Notes: a model not told the origin generated them from the sequence alone. Positions 49,450 to 62,242 are shown, numbered from the stretch's first letter. The stretch: DNA of 64,000 bases from Zootoca vivipara (GCF_963506605.1 NC_083276.1:82584001-82648000), one strand, 5' to 3'. Translations and numbers: made by a program.

Positions 49450-50418
49450 ATGGATCAAGGAAATAATTCTGTCATAACAGAATTCATCCTTCTGGGATTC
49501 ACACGTGATCCAAAAATGCAGCTCCCTCTATTTATGGTCTTCCTACTGATTTATGTCATCACTGTAATCTGGAACGTGGGGATGATTGTCTTAATTTGCG
49601 TTGAACCTCAGCTTCACAACCCCATGTACTTTTTCCTGGCCAACCTCTCTTTTGCTGACCTCTGCTACTCCTCAGCCATTGCTCCCAAAATGCTGGCTGA
49701 CCTCTTAGTTGAGACCAAAAGGATTTCATTCAATGCCTGTGCTATACAGCTATATATACTTTCCTTTTTTGTAGATGTTGATTGCCTTTTGCTGGCTTTG
49801 ATGGCCTATGACAGGTACATGGCCATCTGCAACCCCCTTCACTACTCAGTCCTTATGTCCAAAAGAGTCTGCGGGCGGCTGATGGCTATGGCTTACTTCA
49901 TAGGCATTGTGGATGCAATGATACACACTTGCTGTACATTCCAACTACCATTCTGCAAGTCTAATATCATCAATCACTTCTTCTGTGACGAGCCTCCTCT
50001 TCTGTTGCTCTCTTGCTCTGACACATACAAAAATGAGCTTATGGTATTTATCTTCTTTGGCTGCATTTTAGCCAGCAGCCTTGGCATGGTTCTTGTTTCC
50101 TACATCTACATCTTGGGCACGATCGTGAGAATGCGCTCTGCTGAAGGCAGACGCAAAGCCTTTTCTACCTGCGCCTCCCACCTTACGGCCGTTGGGATAT
50201 TCCATGGGACGATGCTCTTCGTGTATTTTCGGCCCAGTTCCAGCTATTCCTTGGACCAAGACAAATGGGCCTCGGTGTTCTATACGGTAGTGATCCCCAT
50301 GCTCAATCCTCTGATCTACAGTCTGAGGAACAAGGATGTGAAGGATGCCCTGACAAAGGCACTTGCTAGCTTAAGGCTTTTGAAAGGGAGTCTAAAGGCT
50401 AGCAAAGCTGTGTTCTGA
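49450..50418 (+). CDS. olfactory receptor, family 5 (OR5W/OR5AR-like), 322 aa
   Basis: ATG at 49450 ([12 protein letters not shown], sequon NNS); [34 protein letters not shown]; splice acceptor at 49392-49393. Confidence 0.95.
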   Translation: MDQGNNSVITEFILLGFTRDPKMQLPLFMVFLLIYVITVIWNVGMIVLICVEPQLHNPMYFFLANLSFADLCYSSAIAPKMLADLLVETKRISFNACAIQLYILSFFVDVDCLLLALMAYDRYMAICNPLHYSVLMSKRVCGRLMAMAYFIGIVDAMIHTCCTFQLPFCKSNIINHFFCDEPPLLLLSCSDTYKNELMVFIFFGCILASSLGMVLVSYIYILGTIVRMRSAEGRRKAFSTCASHLTAVGIFHGTMLFVYFRPSSSYSLDQDKWASVFYTVVIPMLNPLIYSLRNKDVKDALTKALASLRLLKGSLKASKAVF

Positions 50419-50518
50419 TGATCCCTAGTATTGATAAGTATCTTATCAGGGCTTTATCAGAGAGGATATCAGCACTGGGAGAGATACTTCCTCAGATCTG
50501 GCCGTGGATGCTTTAGTA

Positions 50519-51916
50519 CACGGGTGTCAAACACAAGGCCCGGGGGCCAAATCCGGCCCGCCAGACCTCGTCATGTGGTCCGCCGAGCGCCCCAGCCAGC
50601 GGGACCCAGCAGCGGGACCTTGCTGCTGAAGCGCCGCGCCGAAAAACAGCTGGGGCCTGGGGGGGTAGAAAGGCGGCTGGAGCAGCGCTGCGTGGAGCAC
50701 CCCGAGCCACAGGAGGAGAAGGAGGAGGCAGCTTGCCAGGTCAGCGCCCAGCAGCGCCGCACGGCGAGTCCCGAGCCTCTGCGACGCAGCAGTGCTCTGT
50801 AGCACTTTGAATCCTCCTCCTCCTGCCACGGCTCGGTGCCTGGAAACGGCTGCTGCTGCTGCTGCTGCTGCTGCTGCAGCACAGACAAAGCACCCAGCAG
50901 CGCCGCGTGGAGGAGGAGGAGGATTCAAAGTGCTACAGAGCACTGCTGCGTCCCAGAGGCTCGGGACTCTCCGTACGGCGCTGCCGGGCACCGACCTGGC
51001 AAGCCGCCGCCTTCTCCTCCTCTTGCCTCACCTCCTCCTCCTCCTGCCGCGGCTCAGCCTCATGAACGTGAGCTCAGCAGCGGCTCAGCCTCACGAACGT
51101 GCAACTCTGAGGCTTTACACACGTCTCCTAAAACGGGCACCCGCTGCCTCACGCTGCACGGGAAATGCTTTTTGCCCCTGGGTCCCTTCGCACTCTTTTC
51201 TGGCGCTGAATCAAGGTGGCGACCACCCCTTCCCTTTCTTTCTTCCTCTCTCTCGTTCTTATTCTTTCTTTCCCTCTCCTTCCTTCCTTCTTTATCTCTG
51301 TCTTCTCTCCCTCTTTCTTTTTCTTTCCTTCTTTATTCCCTTCCTTATTTCCTACTCTTCTTTCTCTCCCCTCTTTCCTTCCTTCCTTCCTCTCTCCCTC
51401 CCACTCCCTCTTTTCTTCCTTCCTTCCTCCCTCCCCTCCCCTCCCTCTCCCTCTCCTCAGAAACATAGGATGCTGCTTTATACTTCTGGCCCTTAAACCC
51501 TGGAACCAGGAGAACAGCTCCAGTGAGTCAACCTCAGCCAGTCCCTTTGGTGAAGGGTGGTGGCTCACTGGCAGAACATCTGTCCTGCATGCAGAAGGAC
51601 CCCAGCATCTCCAGGTACCAGTAGCTCTGCAAAGCTCCTGCATGAAACCCTAGCAAGCCTCCACCACCCAGTGCAGTTACCAAAAATCATTTTTCAATAA
51701 ATTGTACAATAATTGTACATTTGAATATCTACTTGCCATTATTCTGACTATGTTAGTTATTACTTACATTATTACAAAAAACAGTAATAATTGAATGCAG
51801 TGACAATAATTTATGATAATAAAGAGTGGACACATAGTCCTACAGATACAACCGGCCCTTTGAGGGTGACCAAACTGCTGATGCGGCCCCCAATGAATTT
51901 GAGTTTGACACCCCTG
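50519..51916. mobile_element. 1.4-kb non-autonomous hAT element with internal inverted repeat, (CTG)n and CT tract
   Basis: CA(C/G)GGGTGTCAAAC / GTTTGACACCCCTG; TSD CTTTAGTA (50511-50518, 51917-51924). Confidence 0.9.
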
Positions 51917-53177
51917 CTTTAGTATTTCAAGCAAAATGCATGGCCACCCAATGCCACTGGCCCCTCCCCACATATGTGAACCTGCGCACCGCCACTGCCG
52001 CTGCCCCCTCATATTGTGCTGCCACCACTGCACCCTTGCCAGCACACTGCCATAGTGCACCTCGGGCACAACAAGGAGGGTAAAGCAGCAGGGGCACAAC
52101 CACAGAGGCCCAGGCGCAAAGGAGGAGGTAAATAGTGTGCTCCTCGGGCCCAGATCCGCTGCCTGAGACAACAGCTTCACCTCACCTCATGAGGAGATCG
52201 GACCTGTGCTTCCTGAAAAGACAAGTTTCCTGCTACTTTAAAAAAATGAGTAATCTTCCGTTCAATTTAAGAATAATGCTTCATCACAGCAGTGGCGGGC
52301 CCGTTTTTTTCGAAATGAATGTGCCGACCACTGCCAATCTTTCTGTGCTATATGTGGCTGCAAGAGGGCAGTGGGCAAGTCCCTAGCACACTCAGTTCAA
52401 CCAGAACAACTTTGAGGCCAAGTAAGCTTGGCCACCACTCACAGTAAATGGTATGTTTGCTAAAACACTCCTCAGAATTTTCTACAGCAAGCAGTGGTTC
52501 CTTGGCAGATAATGTGGAGACGTCTCCCAGAAGGCAGAAAGAAAAAACCACTGGCTGTACAAACCATACGGTTTTTTATTATTTAAAAAAAATGCCTATA
52601 TGTGATGGCTCATACATCAGCAAAATATGTGTGCTGGTTCTATCTTTTTCAAACTTTCTTGGTGGCATGGTGTAATCCAGCTATTTCCCCAGATCCTGTC
52701 TGTCCCTACAGTTGAGTGGATTTGAATCACTTCATTTCAATGGGATAGTCAGGCAAATGCTAAACTGTGCCCTGTTGAAATGAATCACCGAGACTTAAAA
52801 GGTTCTTAACTTTGGCTGAATTGCACTCTATTATTATTATTATTATTTTTAAATATTTTTTATTAATTTTACAAACAAAACTAAACAAACTACACAAACA
52901 TACAATATAACATACAATATAACCCTGTCCCTTCGTCTTCCCTCCACCCACTGGTTCACCTCTGCCACCAGTGAAACCAGTGTGCTTTGAGAATCAAAGG
53001 GGTCCATTGTAAGTTGGGTTTGGCCTCCCCCCTCCCTCCTCCCCCCTCTTCCCCCCCCTGCCACTGAGAGGACAGGAATGGAGGAGCTCTGAGGATTGGT
53101 TTCCCCCAACTCATTCATAAGTATACTTAAACAAATACAAACATAACAACAGTAGGGGAGAATTTTAACTCCCCAAT

Positions 53178-54274
53178 CAGGGGCGTAGCCAGGATGAAAA
53201 TCAGGGGGGGCAAGGGGCGGGGAGCAAGGGGCGGGGCCAAGGGCGGGGCCAAGGGGCGGGGGCGGGGCCACATCGGAGCAGCCCGAAATCGGGCTGCTCC
53301 GACTCCCTCCTCCCCCTCCGCGATAGGAAGGGACGAGGGGGAGCCAGGATCAGCCCGAAATCGGGCTGCTCCGACTCCCTCCTCCCCCTCCACGATCGGA
53401 AGGGACGAGGGGGAGCCAGGATCAGCCCGAAATCGGGCTGCTCCGACTCCCTCCTCCCCCTCCGCGATAGGAAGGGACGAGGGGGAGCCAGGATCAGCCC
53501 GAAATCGGGCTGCTCCGACTCCCTCCTCCCCCTCCACGATCGGAAGGGACGAGGGGGAGCCAGGATCAGCCCGAAATCGGGCTGCTCCGACTCCCTCCTC
53601 CCCCTCCGTGATAGGAAGGGACGAGGGGGAGCCAGGATCAGCCCGAAATCGGGCTGCTCCGACTCCCTCCTCCCCCTCCGCGATAGGAAGGGACGAGGGG
53701 GAGCCAGGATCAGCCCGAAATCGGGCTGCTCCGACTCCCTCCTCCCCCTCCACGATCGGAAGGGACGAGGGGGAGCCAGGATCAGCCCGAAATCGGGCTG
53801 CTCCGACTCCCTCCTCCCCCTCCGCGATAGGAAGGGACGAGGGGGAGCCAGGATCAGCCCGAAATCGGGCTGCTCCGACTCCCTCCTCCCCCTCCACGAT
53901 CGGAAGGGACGAGGGGGAGCCAGGATCAGCCCGAAATCGGGCTGCTCCGATCCCCTCCTCCCCCTCTGCAATCGCTGGGGCAGGTGGAGGGAAAGCCCCA
54001 GAGCCGCGCAAAGCGGTTGCCTGGCTTTCCCTCCGCCCGCCCCACAGCCAGCCGGCTAGAAGGGACGTCTCCCTTCTCCCTTGCTGGCTGTGGGGCGGAG
54101 GGAGGGAAAGCCAGCCAAACGCTTCGCGCGGCTCTGGTGCTTTCCCGCCGCCCGCCCCACAGCCAGCCAGGGAGAAGGGAGACGGCACCGGGCGGGCAGT
54201 GGGGCAGGCTGGCCAGTGGCCCTGCTTCTAGGGGGGGCAATTGCCCCCTCCTGCCCCCCCTGCCTACGCCCATG
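53178..54274. mobile_element. GC-rich hAT element nested in the HAL1-like element
   Basis: CAGGGGCGTAGCCAGG / CCTGCCTACGCCCATG; TSD TCCCCAAT (53170-53177, 54275-54282). Confidence 0.9.
53279..53970 (+). repeat. 72-bp minisatellite, about 9.6 copies
   Basis: GCCCGAAATC recurs at 53281, 53353 and so on; 24-aa periodic chance ORFs. Confidence 0.95.
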
Positions 54275-57077
54275 TCCCCAATTCTTATTGCCTTGACCTT
54301 ATACTTGTGACTTCCTCGGTGGTCTTCCTCCTGGTTTTCCTTAAACAAAATCTAAAGTTTATGGCGGGTTTCTATTTTAGTTTAGAATCCTTTTCTTATA
54401 ATATTAACTCAACCCTCCTCCTTTTCCATGCTGCCCTCCCACAGGCCCCCTCCTGCCACAAGAGGAACCTGTGGGGCACAGCATTTCCAAGGTTCCATTA
54501 TGTCCCCTCCTCACCCCTCTGAGCACTCCCTGCCACTGAGTATCTCAGAGTAAGGAAAGAAGAGTAGGCAGCTTTCTGCCTAGACCTAACTTAACTTACA
54601 AAAATTTACATTAACTTAAATTCTTTCCTAAGCCATTCTTAAAATTCCCTCCAGAAAGCACAACTTTTTCCATTCCTTTTTACACTCCATCTCCTCTCCC
54701 TAAGTCTTTTTCCCCCAATTGGATCAGCATTTCCGTTAACAGGCCAAAATTTCAAAAACCGTCTTTCAGAAACTAAAATAAAATCTTTTAACTAAAATAT
54801 GCACCCCACACCCATTCTTTCCCATATCCGTCTCCAGACCCTTGTCCCCCCCCCTGCCCCTGTCTTTCCCATTCCTCCCTAACATCACCCCACATTTCAA
54901 CCCCTCCAGGATCTTCAAGTCCATTAATCCTCAAATTTCTTTGCTTCTCATTTTCTTGTTCTACTTGATTTTCTTCCTTTTGAAGTCCATACTTTGCTTC
55001 ATCCCCAACATATTTTTTATAGTCCAAGTCCTCTTTAGGGTTTTCAACTAGTTGTTTCTCCTGACATCCAGATTCCATCTCCACAGTGTCCAAAATCAAA
55101 TTTTCTTCTAAATCCTGGACTTGGACTTCATCCTCGACTGCTGGTAAATTGGGATGTTGCCGTTCCTTGTAGATATCCTCCCATAATTGTAGGTAGTTTA
55201 GCACAGCCTCCTGGAAGGCTCGAGAGTACTTTGTTTTCATACTTCTCCTGACCGCAAACAAGCAGGAAGTGGAGAACAAAGAGGTACTGGAAAATTCCTT
55301 CCTCAGACGGTCGACTCCATTTTGGCAGTTCTTTTCCTTTGTCTTTTAACTCAATCACAACTCCATTCTTAGTTCCAATTTTAAATAATTCTACCACATT
55401 TTCAGACAATTTTTACTAATTGCAACAGTACAATAAGTCCACCCGGTCTTTTGACAGCTTGACAGCTTTTGACAGCTGTCAAAGCACTCTCCCCCTTAAT
55501 AATGCTGTACCTCAAGGGGTGCCGGACTCGGGAGTTGAGAGGGTTCAAAAAAGTCTTTCTTTCTCTCGGGTCCACAGTCCCAGATGCCTTTTGTCATTCA
55601 GCTTAAGATTATTTAAAGCGCCTCCCAGTTTTCCATTAGGAAGAGACCGACTTCCGTTTCTTTGAAGCCTCTCCTATTTTTCCAATTAACGAATTTAAAG
55701 TCCGTGATCACGATTCCACTTACTTTTTGGAAGTTTAAATTTGTCGGAACAATCTGCCGCTTGCCGGGTCAGGACTCGGAGCTTCACTTCTCGGAGGTAA
55801 GATATAGCCCAAAATGGCTCCCGCGGTTCCACCCCGCCGGCTCTCGATCGCTCTATTGAGCTCTCGGGCAGCGGGGGATCCGCAAAAAAAACGGAGCAAC
55901 CGCTGGGCGCGTGAGTCACCGGGACTCTCTACCCGGTGTTTTTACGGGGAATCCGCTCGCTCTGCGGACTTCCCCCCCCCCCCTCTGCGAAGCCAGGGAC
56001 ATCGGTGCGCAAGGTCCCTGCGTCCGTCTCTCCGCCGCGACAGACCGGAAGTCTCTATTATTATTTTTAACATGCTTTTGCAGTTTGGTATATTTGATTT
56101 TTTTGCACAATATTTACCGTACATGCCATTTGATTGTAATAGAAGTTCAAAGCATTTTACAAAATATAGATCACTGCTGCTCCTTTGCTCTTTAATGGTG
56201 CCCCTAATCAGCCATCTCAAACTTGGGGTGGATTTTATACTTCAGGAGCCAAATGACTTCGGCTGACCATGTGACTCATTATATTCCAAGGGTTGCAAGA
56301 AGAACCCTGTACATACCGGTATTTGCTTTCTCACACCACCATGTTTCTGTGTACCTAAAACTAATCTATGCGAATGAACTGACAAAATAAAAGATGCCAC
56401 TTTACTGAGTTTGTATTTATGGTGGGTTTGTGTAACTTTATCCTATATTCCAATAGCAAACTCATTCTTCAAGTGTGGGTCCTTATGAAGCCACCACCTA
56501 CCATCAAGATGGAGGTACCAGCGGGCTTAGAGGAAACCCAAGATTTTCAGATGCCAAAAAGAGGAGGGAACAGCACAATGAAGACTGGGCATGGTCAGTA
56601 GTCATGGAATGCTGACTGATTGTTGTGCAGGGAAAATGAAATCTTGGGGGAAATGGAATGGAGTATCCTGGGAAAAGGAATGGCTGGCTGCACTGGCGGA
56701 GGAAAAGGAGTGCAGTGGGAGCGCACCACCTCCAGGACGCGCGCCAGCCCTGCCCCCACCTGCTCTCCGCCCCCTGGTGACGGATCATGAAGCTCCGCCA
56801 CTGGTTGGCTGGCTGGCGGGCTGGTTGACTGGAATACTGAGCACTCCATACTATTCACTCCAGACTGCAACACTTTGTTGCAGCTCACACTTGTTCTTCA
56901 CTATTTGATATCTGAGAGAGGCTAGCTAACTTTTGTATGATGTAGTTTGTCATTGTGTCCATTTGAAATACTTTACAGTGATGATGAATCCCACTGAGCT
57001 TCCTTGGGCACTTTCTTTTCTTTTTATTTCTTTTCCATTTCTTTCTCTTTTTCTTTTTCTTTTTTGTTAACCCTAAG

Positions 57078-57275
57078 ACCCTGATGTAGGGAAAGATTGA
57101 GGGCACTAGGAGAAGCGGACGACAGAGGATGAGATGGTTGGACAGTGTTCTCGAAGCTACGAACATGAGTTTGACCAAACTGCGGGAGGCAGTGGAAGAC
57201 AGGAGTGCCTGGCGTGCTATGGTCCATGGGGTCACAAAGAGTCGGACACGACTAAACGACTAAACAACAACAACA
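57078..57275 (+). mobile_element. RTE-BovB 3' end
   Basis: GGACACGACTAAACGACTAAACAACAAC tail. Confidence 0.85.
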
Positions 57276-58433
57276 GGTCTTAGTTATAATATATTCACAG
57301 CTCATGATAGTTCATCAATGTAGTTATGAAACTATGAAGAGCTGTGAATATATAACCTATACCAGGACCTCAGGCATAAGATGGCAAAGAAATCTAATGG
57401 GAAACAATCCCACTTGCATGCTTTTCTTCCCTCTCAATTATTCTTGATCTTTAAAATATTTTCTGTGAAAAACAGTTCCCCTTTGAAACTGGTGTGGTAC
57501 TATTATCATTATTGCATTTGCCCTATGGTCCTCTGCCCTGTTGTCTCAAACTCTTAGCAGACCTTGCGGCTTAGTGGACTGAATTGGAATCATCACTTAC
57601 ACTTTCTGGAATTTAAAGGCTTTATTCATGCAGGAACTATTTACAGGATGAGTGGAAATGAGAGGGAGAAAAAAGCAAACAAGTTGAGAGAGAATAATAA
57701 ACAAAACAGCTCAGCTTTTAGGGGTGGATTTAACTTTGACAGAGAGCTACAAACAAGTGTTGGCTAGATTGCTGCACAAGCCATGCCCTCTGGTGGTTTA
57801 AAGTAACACATGCACTAAAGATGAACTCAAGAGAAGGAAATGTACTTGCTTTTCTCTAACACAATCTCTGGATTAGAGAAATTTACAAGGGGATACCAAG
57901 GGGAAAGAAACTGTTTTGAGCAGGATGACATGCACACAACACTACATAAATGGGAATGGAAACAGCTTCAAATAAATATTAAAGTCAAGTGTGGATGAAG
58001 CAGAGAAACAATTCAAGAGACTAAGGGATTTATTCAATGACTCCCTCTATCTGCTATGCGGACTTCAGATAGAGCACGGGAGCCTATACACAAGCACCAT
58101 GGGACCTGGATAGATCAAGTTCAGAGCAGCACATCAGAATTCAAGCACAAACAACAAAACATGGCGACTCAAACACTATTATTTTAAGCCAAGACTACAG
58201 CTATGGTAGAGAAGAGCTTCCCTACCCATTCACTTTGGTCGGTAGCTACTATGGTTTATGGGTGCATCAGAAAATTACAGATTCACTTACCCAGGAAATA
58301 CTTTTGCTGCTTTCACATCTACTTAATTATTTTGCTGTTACAGCCCTGCACACTTCAAAATGAAGCTTATGGTATTTATTTAAACTGCCCGAAATGCCTG
58401 TAAGAAGCTTGGTTGTTGTGGGACACCTTAAAC

Positions 58434-58569
58434 CAAGCATCCCCAAACTTCAGCCCTCCAGATGTTTTGGACTACAATTCCCATCTTCCCCAACCACTGG
58501 TCCTGTTAGCTAGGGATCATGGAGGTTGTAGGCCAAAACATCTGGAGGGCCGCAGTTTGGGGATGCCTG
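58434..58569. mobile_element. hAT MITE (family of 21880-22015)
   Basis: TSD CCTTAAAC; GCATCCCCAAACT TIR. Confidence 0.85.
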
Positions 58570-60129
58570 CCTTAAACAGTGATGCTTTCAAACCAAGGAA
58601 GACGAGCCACACTGCCTATGTGAGAACTTCATCTCCTTGCCAAGTCTACATCTCTCATCCTTCTCTTTCTGCTGTCTGTTCCCTTATTTTGGTGGCCATT
58701 CGTCTCCTTGCACCAAGTTGTGGCAGAAATATTTAAAATGAATGATGCATAGATGGTTCCAGCACCCCGGGGACCAAACACTCGATTCAGAAACAATATC
58801 ATCCAGGGAAGCAATGTCCCACAGTTCCTCCAAAGGATATGTGATGATTTTGTGAACCTCTAGCCGAAAATGATGCAAAATCATATTGTTCTCTATATGA
58901 TAACCGGCTTTTAATTACACCCAAAGGGTTTGCATCCTGAGCACTCTTAGGTTATATATTTTTGTTTCATACAGGTAAAAAGTTAAGAAACCTGAACATG
59001 GCTGCACATGGAAAGCCATCTTCCAAAAAAGCAGAAATAGCATTGATCAGCCATTTAAGGGGAAGGGAAGTCCAGCCTTTTTCTCCCCACCAGGCATTCT
59101 CCCAATTAGCTGGTTGTCACAACTACTACTCTTTGAAGAGTAATAGTCTTTGTTTTTATTATATATTCTGTGTTTCTAATATTGTAATTTAATGTTGTGA
59201 ACCACCCTGAGATCTACAGGTATAAGGTGGTATACAAATTTAATAAATAATAATAATAAACTCAGCAGTTGGATAACTGGGGACCTGACTGAACAGGATG
59301 TGTCTGGTATTCAAGTGCAGAGGAGGCACAGGAGCAGATATGATAACTCTGCCCCCAATGTTACCCCCAACCTTCCCTGAGTGCAGGTAGAATATTCCCT
59401 GCAATTGGGAACTATGTGTAATAAGTGCTCTCAATTAAAAGCAGATTTAAGTGAGTCCAGCAGACGCTCCAAGTGTGCCTATTTTCCAGGGACAGTCCTG
59501 GATTTACAAAAACCATCCCAGTTTCTAATTTGATCCCAGAATGTCCTGTTTTTCCTTAGGATATCTCCATTTTCACCAGAGAAATGTTGAAGGTTATGGA
59601 ATAGGACATCCCCATGAATTTCTTTTTGCAGCCAGAACTCAGTGGAACTCAGTTCCAGCACCGCTCAGATGGGTGCCATCGCCATTATAAGAGAAGAAGG
59701 GAGACATTCATGGTGAATTCAGGACCCTCTTTTTCAGGAAAAATAGCACTGGATATCTCTATTTTCATTGGATAAATGTTGGAGGGTATGAGTCCAGCCC
59801 ACAGAAAGTTAGAGGAACACAACCTTAACCTGAATAAACCACTGCAGACACACAAATCAGGAATGACTTGAGACAGTGTATGGGACAGCTGGCCAACAAA
59901 TTCTTAAAGTCATAATAATTCTGCAATGGGGTGGGGGGACCTCTCTTTAAGTTTCAAGTTAACAAACCTTATGTGCAGGCCCCTGAATGTCAAGTGAAAG
60001 CTGGGAGAATCCATCTCCCACTGTTCTACCTCCAATAGGAGACATTAACCTGGCTCCGATAAGCAGGCAAGTCTGCTACTTGTCCATTGTTTTTGCTCTG
60101 TCACTGTCCAATTGGTAGTATTTTTGATT

Positions 60130-60364
60130 TTGCATAGTTGATTCATAATCCTGCAATTTGATGAAAAGTTCCCAAGTGTTCCTTCAGGGATTGAAGAGCA
60201 GCAATTGGGTTTTGCACCATTATCAACATATCATCGGCAAACAAGCTAACTTTATGATCGGCGTTCCTTATTTTCACTCCCTCAACAGAGGCGTCTGCAC
60301 GCAATTATATAGCTACGATCTCTATCGCCAGTGCAAAGAGCAGCAGCGACAGAGGGCATCCTTG
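60130..60364 (-). mobile_element. old L1 RT-core fragment
   Basis: Hand translation QGCPLSLLLFALAIE...KVSLFADDML with an in-frame stop. Confidence 0.8.
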
Positions 60365-60698
60365 GTGGATGACCCTGTTGAGGTTTATTGGATTCTGACA
60401 CCAGCTTTGCATGTCTTTTCAGATGAAACGGCCACTGCGTTCAATTCCACTTACCATCATATAAGCATGTATATGATTGCAGCCCAATTAGTGGTTCAGC
60501 TTTGCCTTGAGAGGTTTCTCTGTACCGATTGTTTAATGAGCAAACGCACAAGTAAAAATTACTAAAATAGAACCAACACAGTGGTAGCAGTGTCCAGATT
60601 TCAATGTAACCATTAGCCACTTCTGTAAATGCAAGCGGAATATCCCTGCCCCCAATGTTCATATGTAAGAGTCATAAACTTGCATCTCTTGTTATTTC

Positions 60699-61622
60699 TC
60701 ACTCCATAAATACTTTTTTGCTCCATAATTTTCTCATAGCATTTTTCACCTCTTCGTTTCTCAGTGTATAAATTAAGGGATTGAGCATAGGGGTGATAAT
60801 GGTGTAGAATAAGGCCACACTCTTGTCCTGCGGAAATGTGGTGGGAGGCCTCAGGTAGATGAAGATGCAGGGTCCAAAATATAAGATCACAACAGCGATG
60901 TGGGAAGCACAGGTGGAAAGGGCTTTGAGGCGCCCTTCGGAAGAATGATTTCTCAGCATAACTAGAATGCTGACGTATGAAACTGCCAAGACAAGAAAGC
61001 TGGTCAGAGATATCATGCCACTATTGGCAATGACCATGAGTCCGACAATGTAAGTATTGGTACAGGCCAATTTCAGTAAAGGATGAACATCACAGAAATA
61101 GTGGTCAATTTCATTGGGCCCACAGAAGGGCAGCTGTATGGTAAGGAGAGTCTGGACTATTGAATGAAGAAACCCTCCCAGGAATGAGCCTGCCACCATT
61201 AAACCACATACATTCTTGCTCATAATAGTTGTGTAGTGGAGGGGTTTGCAGATGGCTATGTACCGGTCATATGCCATTGATGTGAGAAGGAAGATCTCAG
61301 TGCCACCAAAGAAATGAATGAAGAATAGTTGTATTATGCAACCAACAAAGGAGATTGTCTTCTTCTCAACAAGGAAATCTGCAATCAGTTTGGGAGCAGT
61401 AACAGAGGAGTAGGAGATGTCCACAAAGGAGAGGTAGCTAAGGAAGAAATACATAGGAGAGTTCAGACGGGAGCTGCTTTTGATGGTGACAATGATAAGT
61501 AGATTCCCCAACACTATTGCTGTGTAGAAGACCAGGAAGAGCCCAAAACAGGCTTTCTGTATGTTTGGATCCGGGGTCAGTCCCAAGAGGATGAATTCAG
61601 ACACATTGTTTCTGTTCTCCAT
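60699..61622 (-). CDS. olfactory receptor family 4 (OR4S2-like), 307 aa
   Basis: Sequon NVS; family-4 features [54 protein letters not shown]. Confidence 0.95.
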   Translation of the reverse strand: MENRNNVSEFILLGLTPDPNIQKACFGLFLVFYTAIVLGNLLIIVTIKSSSRLNSPMYFFLSYLSFVDISYSSVTAPKLIADFLVEKKTISFVGCIIQLFFIHFFGGTEIFLLTSMAYDRYIAICKPLHYTTIMSKNVCGLMVAGSFLGGFLHSIVQTLLTIQLPFCGPNEIDHYFCDVHPLLKLACTNTYIVGLMVIANSGMISLTSFLVLAVSYVSILVMLRNHSSEGRLKALSTCASHIAVVILYFGPCIFIYLRPPTTFPQDKSVALFYTIITPMLNPLIYTLRNEEVKNAMRKLWSKKVFME

Positions 61623-62024
61623 GCAGTCGGCAGAGAAGATGATTACAATCCAGAACTAAAATAACCTGCCATCATACAAAATGAAGAATAGCGTTAACTA
61701 AAAGTGGTATTTTTATGTAAACCTGAGGAAACTATAGTTGTTTTCATGACAGTTCAGAAATCTTGTGGGATGAACCTTCTTCCATTAATTCTGAACAACT
61801 CTGAGAATCCATTGTTGACTGCAGCTTTGCCGCATACTGCAAAGAGCCACACTGTACATGACACTGCACACACCACTTTGAAGGACACCAAGGTTTTTTA
61901 AAATGTAAGAGCAGGGGCGGTGGGGCAGTTTTCACTGGGATCACAAAATCCCACTCCATGCAGTGCTATTAGTCTTCGTGAGAAAGTTCCCATTGGCGCC
62001 TATCAGAGCTTTTTTCCTAATACT

Positions 62025-62242
62025 GGTACGGTGGACCCTCTGGATACAAACTTAATTCATTCCGGGGGTCCGTCTGCAACCTGAAAAGTCCGTATCCGGA
62101 GGTGCCGCTTCTGCACACACATGTGGAGTGATAGAACGCTTCTGCGCATACACTTGCACAGTGCGTATACACTTCCGGGTTTGCCACGTTCGCAACCCAA
62201 AGTTTACATATCCGGAGGGATACGTAAGTAGAGGTACAACTG
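62025..62242. mobile_element. Tc1/mariner-type MITE
   Basis: TA|CGGTGGACCCTCTGGATAC ... CGTAAGTAGAGGTACAACTG|TA, degenerate TIRs. Confidence 0.6.

Larger units (their letters stand above)
52853..56053 (-). mobile_element. HAL1-like (ORF1-only) L1-dependent retroelement
   Basis: CpG-rich 5' end starting GACTTCCGG; ORF1-like remnant with QRNLRINGLE; L1-like TG-rich 3' end with AATAAA; candidate TSD TCTATTATTATTTTTAA with expanded ATT on one side; no RT motif. Confidence 0.6.

Noticed and set aside
50431-51653. Overlapping poly-Ala/Gln/Cys and Leu/Ser/Phe ORFs
   Set aside because: Low-complexity (CTG)n and CT tracts within a transposon.
53127-54231. Long repetitive ORFs of 256-353 aa on both strands
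   Set aside because: By-product of a GC-rich 72-bp repeat (multiple of 3) inside a TSD-flanked hAT element. Not a CRISPR array either, since there are no unique spacers.
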